Assembly (NCBI GenBank): GCA_005808505.1
Contig: SYLX01000099.1
Location: 12,380 to 76,379, forward strand
DNA from: Bdellovibrionales bacterium
GTDB lineage: Bacteria > Bdellovibrionota > Bdellovibrionia > Bdellovibrionales > JAMPXM01
Direction: 5' to 3'
Length of the DNA: 64,000 nucleotides
Each line of letters begins with the position of its first letter. Positions within the stretch are counted from its first letter, which is position 1. Positions 1-8,688 of this stretch are shown here, in pieces. The notes under the pieces were generated by a model, which worked only from the letters and a program-made list of their open reading frames with translations, ran no database searches and had not been told where the DNA came from. The translations under genes and the position numbers were made by a program.

Positions 1-696
1 TATCAGCGTCTCCCAATCCGAGATCTCGCTTAGCTGGCTTGCCGAGCCCAGTGGTGCCAGATGGTCTAAAGAGACGGCTTCGTTAGTTGAAGCAATGAGG
101 ATCTCACGTTTGGAATGACGTTGGCTCCACTTGCGCGGCTGGAGCTGAACAAGTGAGTTCACATTGAGTCTACGAAGTAAGAACAGATCGGTTGGGCGAT
201 CGTTTGCGCCGCTGAATCCGAGTTCAGCTTTTTCACTCACCAGTGCTGTTGCTGCGGATTCACCGATCAGAGCTAATGAGCCAATTCCTTCGGGCTGAAG
301 ATGCTGAATCGTTTTTACCGCCGCAGGATCAAAGCCCGGAAGAAGGTAAGAGAATTTTGCGGCATTTGACTCGTGATAGACGGCTTGGAACTCTCCGTTA
401 AATCCCAGCTCGCGCAGTCGCGTCATCATGCGGAGGTTTGCGCTCTGGTGGCCGTTGCCTGGGGCCTCGACGAAGTAAATTCGGATAACTTCAAAAGTTG
501 AGAGGAAGTGTTTCAGACTCGTGCGCGCTCGATGATTAGCTTCGTCATCGAACGCAACCGCTGCCTTTGAGTAGGGTTCAACGATCGTGGGCGGGGGTGG
601 TGGTCCGTTACCGTATGCGCGGCTCGTAGTTAGCCCAATAAGCGCTAACATGGTTGATAACGCTCCTAGCGCCATCAATCGGGCCCGCGTAAGCAT
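1..696 (-). CDS. hypothetical secreted protein, partial (C-terminal end lies beyond the window)
   Basis: Hand translation of the minus strand gives ATG at 696-694. The frame stays open to position 1 (no TTA/CTA/TCA triplets in plus frame 1). The N-terminus MLTRARLMALGALSTMLALIGLTTSRAYG is signal-peptide-like and is followed by PPPPP. It is absent from the ORF track because there is no stop inside the window. No family recognised. Confidence 0.5.
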   Translation of the reverse strand, partial: MLTRARLMALGALSTMLALIGLTTSRAYGNGPPPPPTIVEPYSKAAVAFDDEANHRARTSLKHFLSTFEVIRIYFVEAPGNGHQSANLRMMTRLRELGFNGEFQAVYHESNAAKFSYLLPGFDPAAVKTIQHLQPEGIGSLALIGESAATALVSEKAELGFSGANDRPTDLFLLRRLNVNSLVQLQPRKWSQRHSKREILIASTNEAVSLDHLAPLGSASQLSEISDWETLI

Positions 697-874
697 TTGG
701 TATTTGGTCGTTATCTCCACGTGTGCCACGTGGATAAGATGTGCAAACTCGAGGCCCGGATGCGTCTCTTGCGGATGCTTCAGAGCCTGTCTTGACGGAA
801 ACCTTTGAGGAGAAGGTGACTATACCTTCGACAGGGCTGCCGACGAACGCGGACACCAGGGCCTAACTTGGTGA

Positions 875-1558
875 TTAAAACGGACGGCCGCCGTTAAGGT
901 CTTTGTTCACCGGCGTTGATCTTAAGACGTCAACTTTACCGTAGCAGCGGTGATAAACCGTCGAGACCGAGCCGGAGACGGCTCCGCGGTCTTCTAAGAT
1001 TTCAACTTCTGCGACCAGAGTGGAGTCGATCACTAAACAAGTCTGCGCTGGCGGAGGCGGTGTCGACTCACAGATGATTTCTGAGTCAAGGGGCACAATC
1101 TGGGATCGGTCTCCAGTCGCCACGAACTTCACGCTCGTAGAGCTTGTATCGTACGGTCTGAGATTGATCCTGATGTCGTGGTTCTCTCTAACGTTTCGTT
1201 GTGGTCCCGCGTAACGATTGATCTGCAATTCTCCACCTGAGTTAGATGTTCGAAGTTGCGTTTCGGGAAGCACCCGCAAAATCACAGTTTGGGGAATTGG
1301 CGAGAGATTTCTAAAGACGAACTTGTAGACATGATAAGCGAGACGCACACCGGAGCGCGTGCCGTACATGTCCGCGTTCATCATGTCGGCTGATCCGCAG
1401 CTGGTTTCATTGATGGTTCCGCCGTGAATGGTCGATGTCTCAAGAGGAGTGAGATGGAGCTTTCGGGCCGCGCTCGCGGCGTCGGGCAAAAGCGTAAGGA
1501 CGAGCAGGAATGAGACGATCGAAAACGCTAATTTCGCGCGAGAATGAGTCGAATTCAT
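875..1558 (-). CDS. hypothetical secreted protein
   Basis: 227-aa ORF. The N-terminal signal peptide is KLAFSIVSFLLVLTLLPDAASA. Contains a PPPP motif and 5 Cys. No family recognised. Confidence 0.6.
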   Translation of the reverse strand: MNSTHSRAKLAFSIVSFLLVLTLLPDAASAARKLHLTPLETSTIHGGTINETSCGSADMMNADMYGTRSGVRLAYHVYKFVFRNLSPIPQTVILRVLPETQLRTSNSGGELQINRYAGPQRNVRENHDIRINLRPYDTSSTSVKFVATGDRSQIVPLDSEIICESTPPPPAQTCLVIDSTLVAEVEILEDRGAVSGSVSTVYHRCYGKVDVLRSTPVNKDLNGGRPF

Positions 1559-1812
1559 ATCTCAAGGTTAAATGGAATCACCCGGAGCCCGCAATCGATT
1601 TACCTGATTGTTTGAAGCCCTCCAGCGGCATTGAAGAAGGCTGCCCGTTTAAAGGCCACTTCGTTCCTATTTGAATCAAAATGATAAGTGGGGACAGGCT
1701 TGAGAGTCGTTTATTTTGATCCGCTAGGATTCTGGAGCACGCGACCTATGTCCTGAAAAGAGCTCTGATTAGGCCTCTCGTGGTGGCGGTTGGCAATAGG
1801 CCCGTGCGGGCT

Positions 1813-2568
1813 TCATCGAGTTGGGTGAGTTGAGATCCGTTCGTCCAAAGGGATCAATTGAAGAGAGAGCTTATAAACTGATTCGATAGGCCCTCGACCC
1901 ATCGTACGCTCAAGCTTATCGCAAAACTTTCGAATCTCTTTTTTGGCGATCTTGAGTTTTCCTGGTGAGCCGGCAAAAGTGAGAGAATAAAAATCTCGCT
2001 CATCAACCGGTACGGACTCAAGCGCGTTCTCCGCGAGCGAGAGCCCGTCTTTATGCACTTGTCTTAGCAGCGTTGAGGGCACACCGTCGCGCGTAGCCCA
2101 TTGCTGGCCCGAGTGTTGGTACGCCCCCTGGGAGTCGCGTGTTACGAACCCAAATTTTTCGAGGTAATCGAAATATTTCCGCGATTCAGTGGCCGAAATT
2201 CCTAAGCGGCGAGAAACTTCCTCAGGTGTGGTCACCGGTTCATCAAGCTCGAAGAATGACAGGATCGCGAAGTACTTCCAGTTTTGAATCAGCTCTTCGG
2301 CCTCATCGGGGAGCAGGATGCGTTCAACGTCGGTTCCATCGATAGCCTCATCGAAACTTGCGCGCTCGGTCTCGCTGAGCTGAAGAGTCGAGACAATTTT
2401 CTTGGCCATCTCCGGTGACAAGGCGCGCTGCCCTTTGAGGATCTCGTGCACCGCTCCGGGGCTGATTTTGGTCTTACGCGCAAACGACCGCAGGCTAAAG
2501 GCAGGATTTCGCTGCTGGATTTCTTTGATATGAGCTTTCAGTAGATCGCGAAAGAGTCGATTGCGCAT
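1813..2568 (-). CDS. TIGR02147/DUF4423-like HTH protein (family expanded in Fibrobacter and Bdellovibrio)
   Basis: MRNRLFRDLLKAHIKEIQQRNPAFSLRSFARKTKISPGAVHEILKGQRALS matches the remembered N-terminal HTH signature of this family. I chose the start at ATG 2568 (2637 is also possible). The track start at 2826 would overlap the divergent gene at 2728. Confidence 0.6.
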   Translation of the reverse strand: MRNRLFRDLLKAHIKEIQQRNPAFSLRSFARKTKISPGAVHEILKGQRALSPEMAKKIVSTLQLSETERASFDEAIDGTDVERILLPDEAEELIQNWKYFAILSFFELDEPVTTPEEVSRRLGISATESRKYFDYLEKFGFVTRDSQGAYQHSGQQWATRDGVPSTLLRQVHKDGLSLAENALESVPVDERDFYSLTFAGSPGKLKIAKKEIRKFCDKLERTMGRGPIESVYKLSLQLIPLDERISTHPTR

Positions 2569-2727
2569 GACTTGATCTAATAATTGTAGTGGATTCAGAC
2601 AACAAATAACGTGCGTTCCAAGAAGCGTCTGGAACATTTTACGAGAGCTGGTTATTTTTCGGGTTGCCTCGCTCTTGAGGCTGAAAGTGAAATCCCGGAA
2701 GACCACAAAAAAAGCGTTCGAGGGTGA

Positions 2728-3801
2728 ATGAAGGTGCAAGCAATAACTAAGCGCAGTCTCTCCATTTTTCTTCGGATGGTGGTCGTCTGTTTTCTTTTGC
2801 CGAACACCGATGCGCAGGCCGGTCATTCACACGGAAACGGCGGTGAGGGACTCCAGATTCAGGGTCGAATCGTTTTACGTGATATGGTTGTTGATGGCGA
2901 ATATCAGCAACCTCAAGTGGGTTTCACTGTTGACCCAAATATCAGTAAGATGTCGACCTTGTTCGTATTTGAAGCCATTGGTGTCGACACGTCTCTTCTG
3001 TTGCGTAAAATGACCGACATCGACGCTAATCTGCCAGGGCTCGGTATCCACATCTACGCGGTTTTGCTCTCGTATAAATGGGAGTTGCAGGATTTGCTTC
3101 TGTGGCTCACCGATGATGACGATGTCGCTCCACAGGGCTTCCAACGCATTCCCGTTGCGGTCCGCGGATTTCCGTTTTTAAAAACAATCTCGGTTGCGCG
3201 CGGATCGTGGCTGCAATTGACACCTGAAGATCGCGTAGGCCTGTTGATTCATGAAGCGATCTATGCTCTCCAGCTTCCAACCTGCGTAGGTAAAAATTGC
3301 CGTCAAGACCCTGAAGTCACTCGCAGCATCACCCGGTTCCTCATGACCGTGACAAAAGAAAATCGAGGAACTCTCGATTCAGAGTTGATCAAAAGGCTCA
3401 ATTACAAAAAGACCGTAAAATCAGAGATTACGGATGAGTCTGCTAACATCATTCTTCGAAGTCGCTCTAACGAGATTGAGCATCTGAAGTTTGCGGGATT
3501 GCAGGTTTCTTATGAAATTCAGAAGCAGGTAACCGGCTTCTGTAGGAAGCTCGAGCAACTTGGCAGCGACACGGAAGTCGAACTTCAAATGATTCGATCA
3601 CCGTTTTGCATTCAGGTCTTACCGTTACCGAGTGAAACCAAAGGGGCTTCGTTGGCGACTTTTTACGTTCGCAAAGCGCCTTACAGCCAAAACTATCGAT
3701 TCGATACCGCGCAACTTTGTAGATCTAAATTAACGACCCAAATCGAGTTTTGGGCTGATCCTGGCGGATCCCGCGCCGCTCGCCGAGTTTATTGCTACTA
3801 A
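2728..3801 (+). CDS. hypothetical secreted protein
   Basis: 357-aa ORF with GAGGGTGA just upstream of the ATG. The signal-like N-terminus is LSIFLRMVVVCFLLPNTDAQA, followed by GHSHGNGG. No family recognised. Confidence 0.6.
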   Translation: MKVQAITKRSLSIFLRMVVVCFLLPNTDAQAGHSHGNGGEGLQIQGRIVLRDMVVDGEYQQPQVGFTVDPNISKMSTLFVFEAIGVDTSLLLRKMTDIDANLPGLGIHIYAVLLSYKWELQDLLLWLTDDDDVAPQGFQRIPVAVRGFPFLKTISVARGSWLQLTPEDRVGLLIHEAIYALQLPTCVGKNCRQDPEVTRSITRFLMTVTKENRGTLDSELIKRLNYKKTVKSEITDESANIILRSRSNEIEHLKFAGLQVSYEIQKQVTGFCRKLEQLGSDTEVELQMIRSPFCIQVLPLPSETKGASLATFYVRKAPYSQNYRFDTAQLCRSKLTTQIEFWADPGGSRAARRVYCY

Positions 3802-4112
3802 TCGATGGCGTTCTTCAGGAGACGAGGTGAAGGACGCATGGATTTACGTCACTCGATGGAAGCAAAACGCGAGATGTAACGACCTTGCGAAAATGTGAGT
3901 CACTAAATCTCGCGCTCATAAACTGCGAGTCATCAGAAATCACCAACGTCTATCCATGGACCGGGCATGCGAGACCTTTGTTCGCGCTTAGCTTGGCTTT
4001 GAGTTCGGAAATCATCCGTTGTCGCGAGATCTTGAGTGTGGGCCTTGCTCAAAAGGCCGCATCGGAGAAAAGATCTTGAGGCCAACTGGCTTTAGCAACA
4101 GGAGGAATCAAC

Positions 4113-5075
4113 ATGGCAAGTATCCCCGAAATGTTCCGGTCAAATAAGAACCTGCTTTCAGATCTAGGATTGAAGAATTCCCTCGGAGATTTGTTCCGCG
4201 AGTTTGAGCAATTTCTTTCCCAGAAAGTTGGATCCTCTAAGGGCGAGACTTCCGAGTCGGGAATTGACTTCCACGAGGACGAATCAAGAATTTTTTTGCT
4301 TATCGATCTTCCGGGTGTCCGAAAGGAAGATGTGAAAATCAATCTTGCAGACAACGTTCTTTCCATCACGGCGGAACGCCGTCATGAGTATGGCGAAGGC
4401 GATTCGAAACAATCGCGGGAATTTGCGCGATTTAGTCGTTCATTCTCACTCGGTGCCGATATTGATCTGACTGGAATCAAAGCACATCATGATCATGGAG
4501 TTCTCGAGATCATCTTGCCGAAAACCCGTTTGACCGAGCGGCGATCCATCGCGATTGAAGCGGGACGTTTGGAGCACGAGCAGATCGTCAATCAGGGAAT
4601 GTCTTCCGGAAACCAATCGGAAACGACCGTTGCGAATAACTTGAGTGACTCGATGAACTTGGCTCAGTCCGGCAACGTCTTGGATGCATCTGGAGCTCAG
4701 GCCGCGTCGCTTGAATCGGGTGCTGATCACCTTGACGAAGTCCGCATGGAAGATGGTGGCTCAGAAGCAAATAGCAGCGAAGCGGCGACCGCAGCTTCAG
4801 GGGCTGATGCGGATTCATCGAACGCTCGCGATGCGATCAAAAAACTCGCCTTGAAGGCACGCGAAGCAAGCGAATTGACCCAGCCTGAAAAGAAGAACGC
4901 CTCCTCGAAAAAGAAAGGCCAAAACATCTCGGTCGCGACAAAGGACAAAAAGATCACCGCAGGTGTTCGCGGCGGCGGCAAGTCTGAGATGAAATCAAAG
5001 GGCAAAAGCCACTCGAAAGCGCTGAGTTCATCCCAAAAGAAAAAGCAACGATCGATGAGTCAGTCGCGCCACTAA
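4113..5075 (+). CDS. small heat-shock protein (Hsp20/alpha-crystallin domain) with a long low-complexity C-terminal tail
   Basis: AGGAGG lies 7 nt upstream of the ATG. Residues about 50-140 (IDFHEDESRIFLLIDLPGVRKEDVKINLADNVLSITAERR...HGVLEIILPK) are a typical alpha-crystallin domain. Residues about 151-320 are an acidic/Ser-rich stretch followed by a Lys/Ser-rich stretch. Confidence 0.85.
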   Translation: MASIPEMFRSNKNLLSDLGLKNSLGDLFREFEQFLSQKVGSSKGETSESGIDFHEDESRIFLLIDLPGVRKEDVKINLADNVLSITAERRHEYGEGDSKQSREFARFSRSFSLGADIDLTGIKAHHDHGVLEIILPKTRLTERRSIAIEAGRLEHEQIVNQGMSSGNQSETTVANNLSDSMNLAQSGNVLDASGAQAASLESGADHLDEVRMEDGGSEANSSEAATAASGADADSSNARDAIKKLALKAREASELTQPEKKNASSKKKGQNISVATKDKKITAGVRGGGKSEMKSKGKSHSKALSSSQKKKQRSMSQSRH

Positions 5076-5105
5076 TGCGGCCTCGTCATTCTCTCTATAG
5101 GAGCG

Positions 5106-5146
5106 GGGCGCCGAGTGAACCGCCGTTGGTTCGGGCGCCTTTTTAT
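5106..5146 (+). terminator. putative intrinsic terminator after the hsp20-like gene
   Basis: GGCGCC...GGCGCC stem with a bulge, followed by TTTTTATTT. It sits between convergent genes and overlaps the stop of the minus-strand peptidase gene. Confidence 0.4.
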
Positions 5147-6498
5147 TTCGACGTTTCAAGCCAACCGAGTGCTTTGATGTTTGCGGAATCGGCTTTTCGA
5201 CCTTGAAGTGCCTCGCGCACGATCGCGCTGATCAAGTGACGTTCCTTTTTGTGCCACTGAGTTTCAGGCGATTCAAACAATTCGGTGATCGCTGGATTAT
5301 GCCCGCCATTTTTTACGAGGAAAAGATGCGCTGAGCCCTTAGCAACATGACGGTAATGTTCGATAGCTCCGACGACGGGTGTGGCGCCGTCGGTTGTTCC
5401 TTGAATGTACGTTACGGGGGCATGAATTGGGTAGCGTGAGGCTTTGAAGGTGCGGTTTGATCTCTCTTTCAAACCTGGGATACTCGCACAATAGAGTGCG
5501 TCCGCATTTTCGGTTGGAGCGAGTTTGCGGCCATTGAATTGAGAACGCCAGCCTCCGAAAGTCTGACCAAGCGACAATTCCTGGCAGCTGATCTGATGAT
5601 GCATGATCGAGGCAAAGTAAATGTTCTCAACGCGCAGATAACTTTCGTCGATCTCTTCCCGTACGGTTTTTACGATCGAGGCTGCCGGGTTCTTCATCAG
5701 ATTCTCGATGCGCGCGATGAGAGACGTCTCGAAGTTTGGGCCGTACATGTTGGGCTTTACGAAACTTGAGAACCAGTGTTTGGGAAGTTCTCCGTCGTTA
5801 CTAAGTTCAAGAATCCGATCTTGCGTTCCGGGAGAAAGAGAATCGAAGACCTTTTGAATTAATTTGATTCGGTGGAGATCGGCGCGGCTGTTCGCTGTTC
5901 CCTCGAAGATTGTACCCTCCAGAACGACTCCGCTGACTCGGTCGTTGAAGAGATGCGCGAAGATCGTAGCGACGACGGAACCGTAAGAATGCCCGTAGAC
6001 GCCCACTTTTTCGATTCCCAAATGATCCAGGACCCGGGCGGCGTCGCGGGCTGAATGCTCGGAGGAAAAGTAGCGAGGTGTTAGCTGATCAGCGAGTGTC
6101 GGTAGGTACGAGAACCCCGTGCCTCGCTGGTCGAAGTAAACGACGTTGAAATCGGGAAGGGTCCGCTCAAAAAAACCTGAAAGAGAAGTGATCCCGGGGC
6201 CGCCGTAGAAGAAGAGAAGCGTCGGCTGAGCAGCGTTGAAGGCCTTTGGCAGGCGATAGAAGATGGATGTCGATCCCGCACTTGGATCTTCGTAATCGAG
6301 AGGAACGTCAACGAAACCTCTTTGCTCTGCCGCCAGTTGTTCGAATAGCTTCGTTTCTTTCAGCGACTTTTCGTACTTCGCACGACCGGAAAGATAAGGG
6401 TCGTCCATCCGGATTTGCGCATGCACCACCGACGCCAATGAGAGCGTCGCAAATGCGAATGTCAACAGTTTGAGTTGAGCTACTCGTGTGAGCGACAT
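5143..6498 (-). CDS. secreted alpha/beta-hydrolase, proline iminopeptidase-like (peptidase S33)
   Basis: Motifs YGGPG, DQRGTGFS and GHSYGS (GxSxG). I chose the start at ATG 6498, giving the signal peptide MSLTRVAQLKLLTFAFATLSLASVVHA. The longer track ORF to 6801 runs through the intergenic hairpin. Confidence 0.75.
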   Translation of the reverse strand: MSLTRVAQLKLLTFAFATLSLASVVHAQIRMDDPYLSGRAKYEKSLKETKLFEQLAAEQRGFVDVPLDYEDPSAGSTSIFYRLPKAFNAAQPTLLFFYGGPGITSLSGFFERTLPDFNVVYFDQRGTGFSYLPTLADQLTPRYFSSEHSARDAARVLDHLGIEKVGVYGHSYGSVVATIFAHLFNDRVSGVVLEGTIFEGTANSRADLHRIKLIQKVFDSLSPGTQDRILELSNDGELPKHWFSSFVKPNMYGPNFETSLIARIENLMKNPAASIVKTVREEIDESYLRVENIYFASIMHHQISCQELSLGQTFGGWRSQFNGRKLAPTENADALYCASIPGLKERSNRTFKASRYPIHAPVTYIQGTTDGATPVVGAIEHYRHVAKGSAHLFLVKNGGHNPAITELFESPETQWHKKERHLISAIVREALQGRKADSANIKALGWLETSK

Positions 6499-6609
6499 AC
6501 AGGGCTCCGCTGGATTGCCGAGATTTAGGAACAAAGGAGTTTGTATCATAAGAACTCCGCTCTGGGCCGATGGCTGTAAGTAATCAAGGGTCGTCAAAAG
6601 TTTTGACGG

Positions 6610-6677
6610 TGGTACCCGTTTCCCTTTGCAGAAGCGGTGCGCGAACGCACCGCTTCTGCAAAGGGAAACGGGTACCA
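6610..6677. repeat. perfect inverted repeat, 32-bp arms with a 4-nt spacer (68-nt hairpin)
   Basis: Every pair from 6610/6677 to 6641/6646 was checked base by base. The sequence is TGGTACCCGTTTCCCTTTGCAGAAGCGGTGCG cgaa CGCACCGCTTCTGCAAAGGGAAACGGGTACCA. It lies between divergent starts at 6498 (-) and 6758 (+). Confidence 0.95.
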
Positions 6678-6757
6678 AGGTCGAGTCCCGGTCAAGACGT
6701 TTTGCCTTCGCAAAACCGTAAGCTATCCTGATGGTGTAAACCACACAGGAGTGTTGA

Positions 6758-8611
6758 GTGAAAAAGGCATGGATGGGATCTGTCGCCGGCTGGGCGGTCA
6801 TTGCGCTTGCGACTCACGGGTGCACGAGCGGGGAAAAAGAAATCTCGACCGCAGCACGAGGCGTCGCTTCAGAAAAAGTGCCGGCTACTGGTTCGGCGGG
6901 TTCGGCTCAATCAGTCGACAACGAACCTGTCTCGATCAAGTACTTCACTTACGAAAAAGGACTCGCAACGAGCGTTGACGTCATCACGCCTGAGCGTTGG
7001 GCTTCGTTCCGCGATGGTGGACGAACGAGCTTTCTCTCAAAATTTTACTTCGCAAACGTGAACACAAAATCGAATCGTGGAAAGGGCCACGTCGTTTGTT
7101 TCACGGGTTCGGCCCAAGCTGTTCGCGATCAGTATATGAACCCTGAGCGCACCGAACATACTGTAGCAAACCTCGCCGAAGGAGCTCGCGTTCCGCAAAC
7201 GGCGGCAAGTGAAAACGGCATGGTTCTCGGCGTTCGCTTCAAGGTCGATCGCACGAAGGCCGCGACCAAAAAGGGCGCTGCTCCCGCAAAGCAAGATCCA
7301 GAGTTCTTCTTCCGCATGTCGCAATGTACAGCGGATAAAGGCGGAATCGGCGTAGGTGGAACGCTGAAAAACGAGGTCTCTAAACTCGATGCTCCCGAAT
7401 GGCCGGAGATGGCCAACGCACGCCGCGCTCCCGCTAACGCTGCCAGCGTGGGCGAGCAAGGTTTTGTGATCGAAGATCAGCCGCAGAATGGTGATGAGAA
7501 AAAAGTCCCGGTGCGCTTTAAGCTCATTGGCGATTATGAGCGAATGAAAATTCGCGAGAATGATCGCCCCTGGAAGGGCATGGATATCAGCACGGCCGAA
7601 GGTGCTTACCAGTTCTCGCTCTTGATTCAAAAGTACGTCTACGAGGGCATGTTCGAGAACGTGAGCGGCGCTCGCCGAGATATCAACTTGCGCGCTGAGA
7701 ACAACAAAGTGCGCGATTGGTGCCACATGCCTTGGCAGGCGACGGGTCCCAAGGGACGCGAATGGGTTCACGGCATGACGAAAGAATTCGACCTGAAGCC
7801 AAGCCCGACGATGGATTTGTACAAAGGAACTTACCCAGGTTCAAACTGGGGAGTGGCGTACTACAACTCCTTTGCGTGCAAAACTCTCGAAGATGTTTTC
7901 GGACCGTCGACGGCGCGCAAAGCTGCTCCCGACTTCTCGAAAGCAGAGCTCTTCAATGATGGAAGTGTGATCGTAAAATTCCTCTTCACGTACGCGAAGG
8001 TCCCAGGTACGGAAGGTGCGTTTAAATGGACGAGCAACGTAAGTGGTCCTGGCTCAAACGTTCGTGCGTTGGACGAAGTTCGCCATGTGCAGATGGACGT
8101 TTCCGTCCGTGATACGACACTTAAAGGAACCGATCCTGAAACAGCAAACTGGGTCATGATCACGTATTACTTTGATCCTGCTTACGATGCAGAAGCTGAT
8201 GCGATGAAATCGATAGGTAAGCGTCACCCGGTTCTGGATGTTAAAAATCTCCCGGCAGGCCTCAAGAAAATGCGTCCGATGGGAATCGTGACAAACTTCG
8301 AAGCTCCGAAACTGGCTGCGGGTCCGGATTCTCGCCTGGCATCGCACACAGGTCACAGCATCGTGTTTAAAGGCGCTCAATCGAACGAAATTGAGTACCG
8401 ATTGAATGGCCCTGTCGATAACCCCGAGTCGTCGTGCTTAGGTTGTCACGCGACGGCTGGAACGCGCATGAAGTCTGTTCCCGGTGTTCAGAATCTCGCG
8501 ACGTGGGCGCAGATCAAGTCGGAAGCAAAGCTCGACTTCAACCAGCAAATGAGAAAAGCAAAAGAGAACTTTGAAACGTTTATCGCTCCGGCTGCAGCGC
8601 CGGCGAAGTAG
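6758..8611 (+). CDS. hypothetical lipoprotein with a single C-terminal CXXCH haem-c motif
   Basis: GTG start with AGGAG 6 nt upstream. The N-terminus MKKAWMGSVAGWAVIALATHGC is signal/lipobox-like. CLGCH lies about 75 residues from the C-terminus. No family recognised. Confidence 0.7.
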   Translation: MKKAWMGSVAGWAVIALATHGCTSGEKEISTAARGVASEKVPATGSAGSAQSVDNEPVSIKYFTYEKGLATSVDVITPERWASFRDGGRTSFLSKFYFANVNTKSNRGKGHVVCFTGSAQAVRDQYMNPERTEHTVANLAEGARVPQTAASENGMVLGVRFKVDRTKAATKKGAAPAKQDPEFFFRMSQCTADKGGIGVGGTLKNEVSKLDAPEWPEMANARRAPANAASVGEQGFVIEDQPQNGDEKKVPVRFKLIGDYERMKIRENDRPWKGMDISTAEGAYQFSLLIQKYVYEGMFENVSGARRDINLRAENNKVRDWCHMPWQATGPKGREWVHGMTKEFDLKPSPTMDLYKGTYPGSNWGVAYYNSFACKTLEDVFGPSTARKAAPDFSKAELFNDGSVIVKFLFTYAKVPGTEGAFKWTSNVSGPGSNVRALDEVRHVQMDVSVRDTTLKGTDPETANWVMITYYFDPAYDAEADAMKSIGKRHPVLDVKNLPAGLKKMRPMGIVTNFEAPKLAAGPDSRLASHTGHSIVFKGAQSNEIEYRLNGPVDNPESSCLGCHATAGTRMKSVPGVQNLATWAQIKSEAKLDFNQQMRKAKENFETFIAPAAAPAK

Positions 8612-8644
8612 AAGTAAGAGAATCAGAAAAGAGAAGTTCTGAAA

Positions 8645-8674
8645 GAAGCCGCTTGAGACAGCGGCTTCTTTTTT
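8645..8674 (+). terminator. rho-independent terminator
   Basis: GAAGCCGC ttgagaca GCGGCTTC followed by TTTTTT, 34 nt after the stop at 8611. Confidence 0.7.
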
Positions 8675-8688
8675 GAAAAGGGCTATTT

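Noticed and set aside
2569-2826. N-terminal extensions of track ORFs. Examples are 1813-2826, 5143-6801, 9451-11628, 12509-, 14564-16012, 16610-17881, 19666-21456, 38908-, 47356- and 58470-.
   Set aside because: In each case an internal ATG gives a canonical signal peptide or the conserved family N-terminus. The extension also overlaps a divergent gene or an intergenic structure. I therefore report the shorter coordinates.
4041-4112. Considered a ROSE-type RNA thermometer in the hsp20 5' UTR (a TTGCT-containing hairpin GGCC ttgctcaaaa GGCC).
   Set aside because: The UUGCU sits in the loop of a 4-bp stem about 55 nt from the AGGAGG. I could not draw a pairing that sequesters the Shine-Dalgarno with the characteristic bulged G.
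6610-6677. Considered the 68-nt palindrome as a CRISPR repeat, IS terminal repeat or terminator.
   Set aside because: There is only one copy in the window, so it is not an array. There is no transposase or target-site duplication nearby. It lies upstream of both flanking genes, not downstream, and has no U-tract. It is kept as a finding of unknown function instead.
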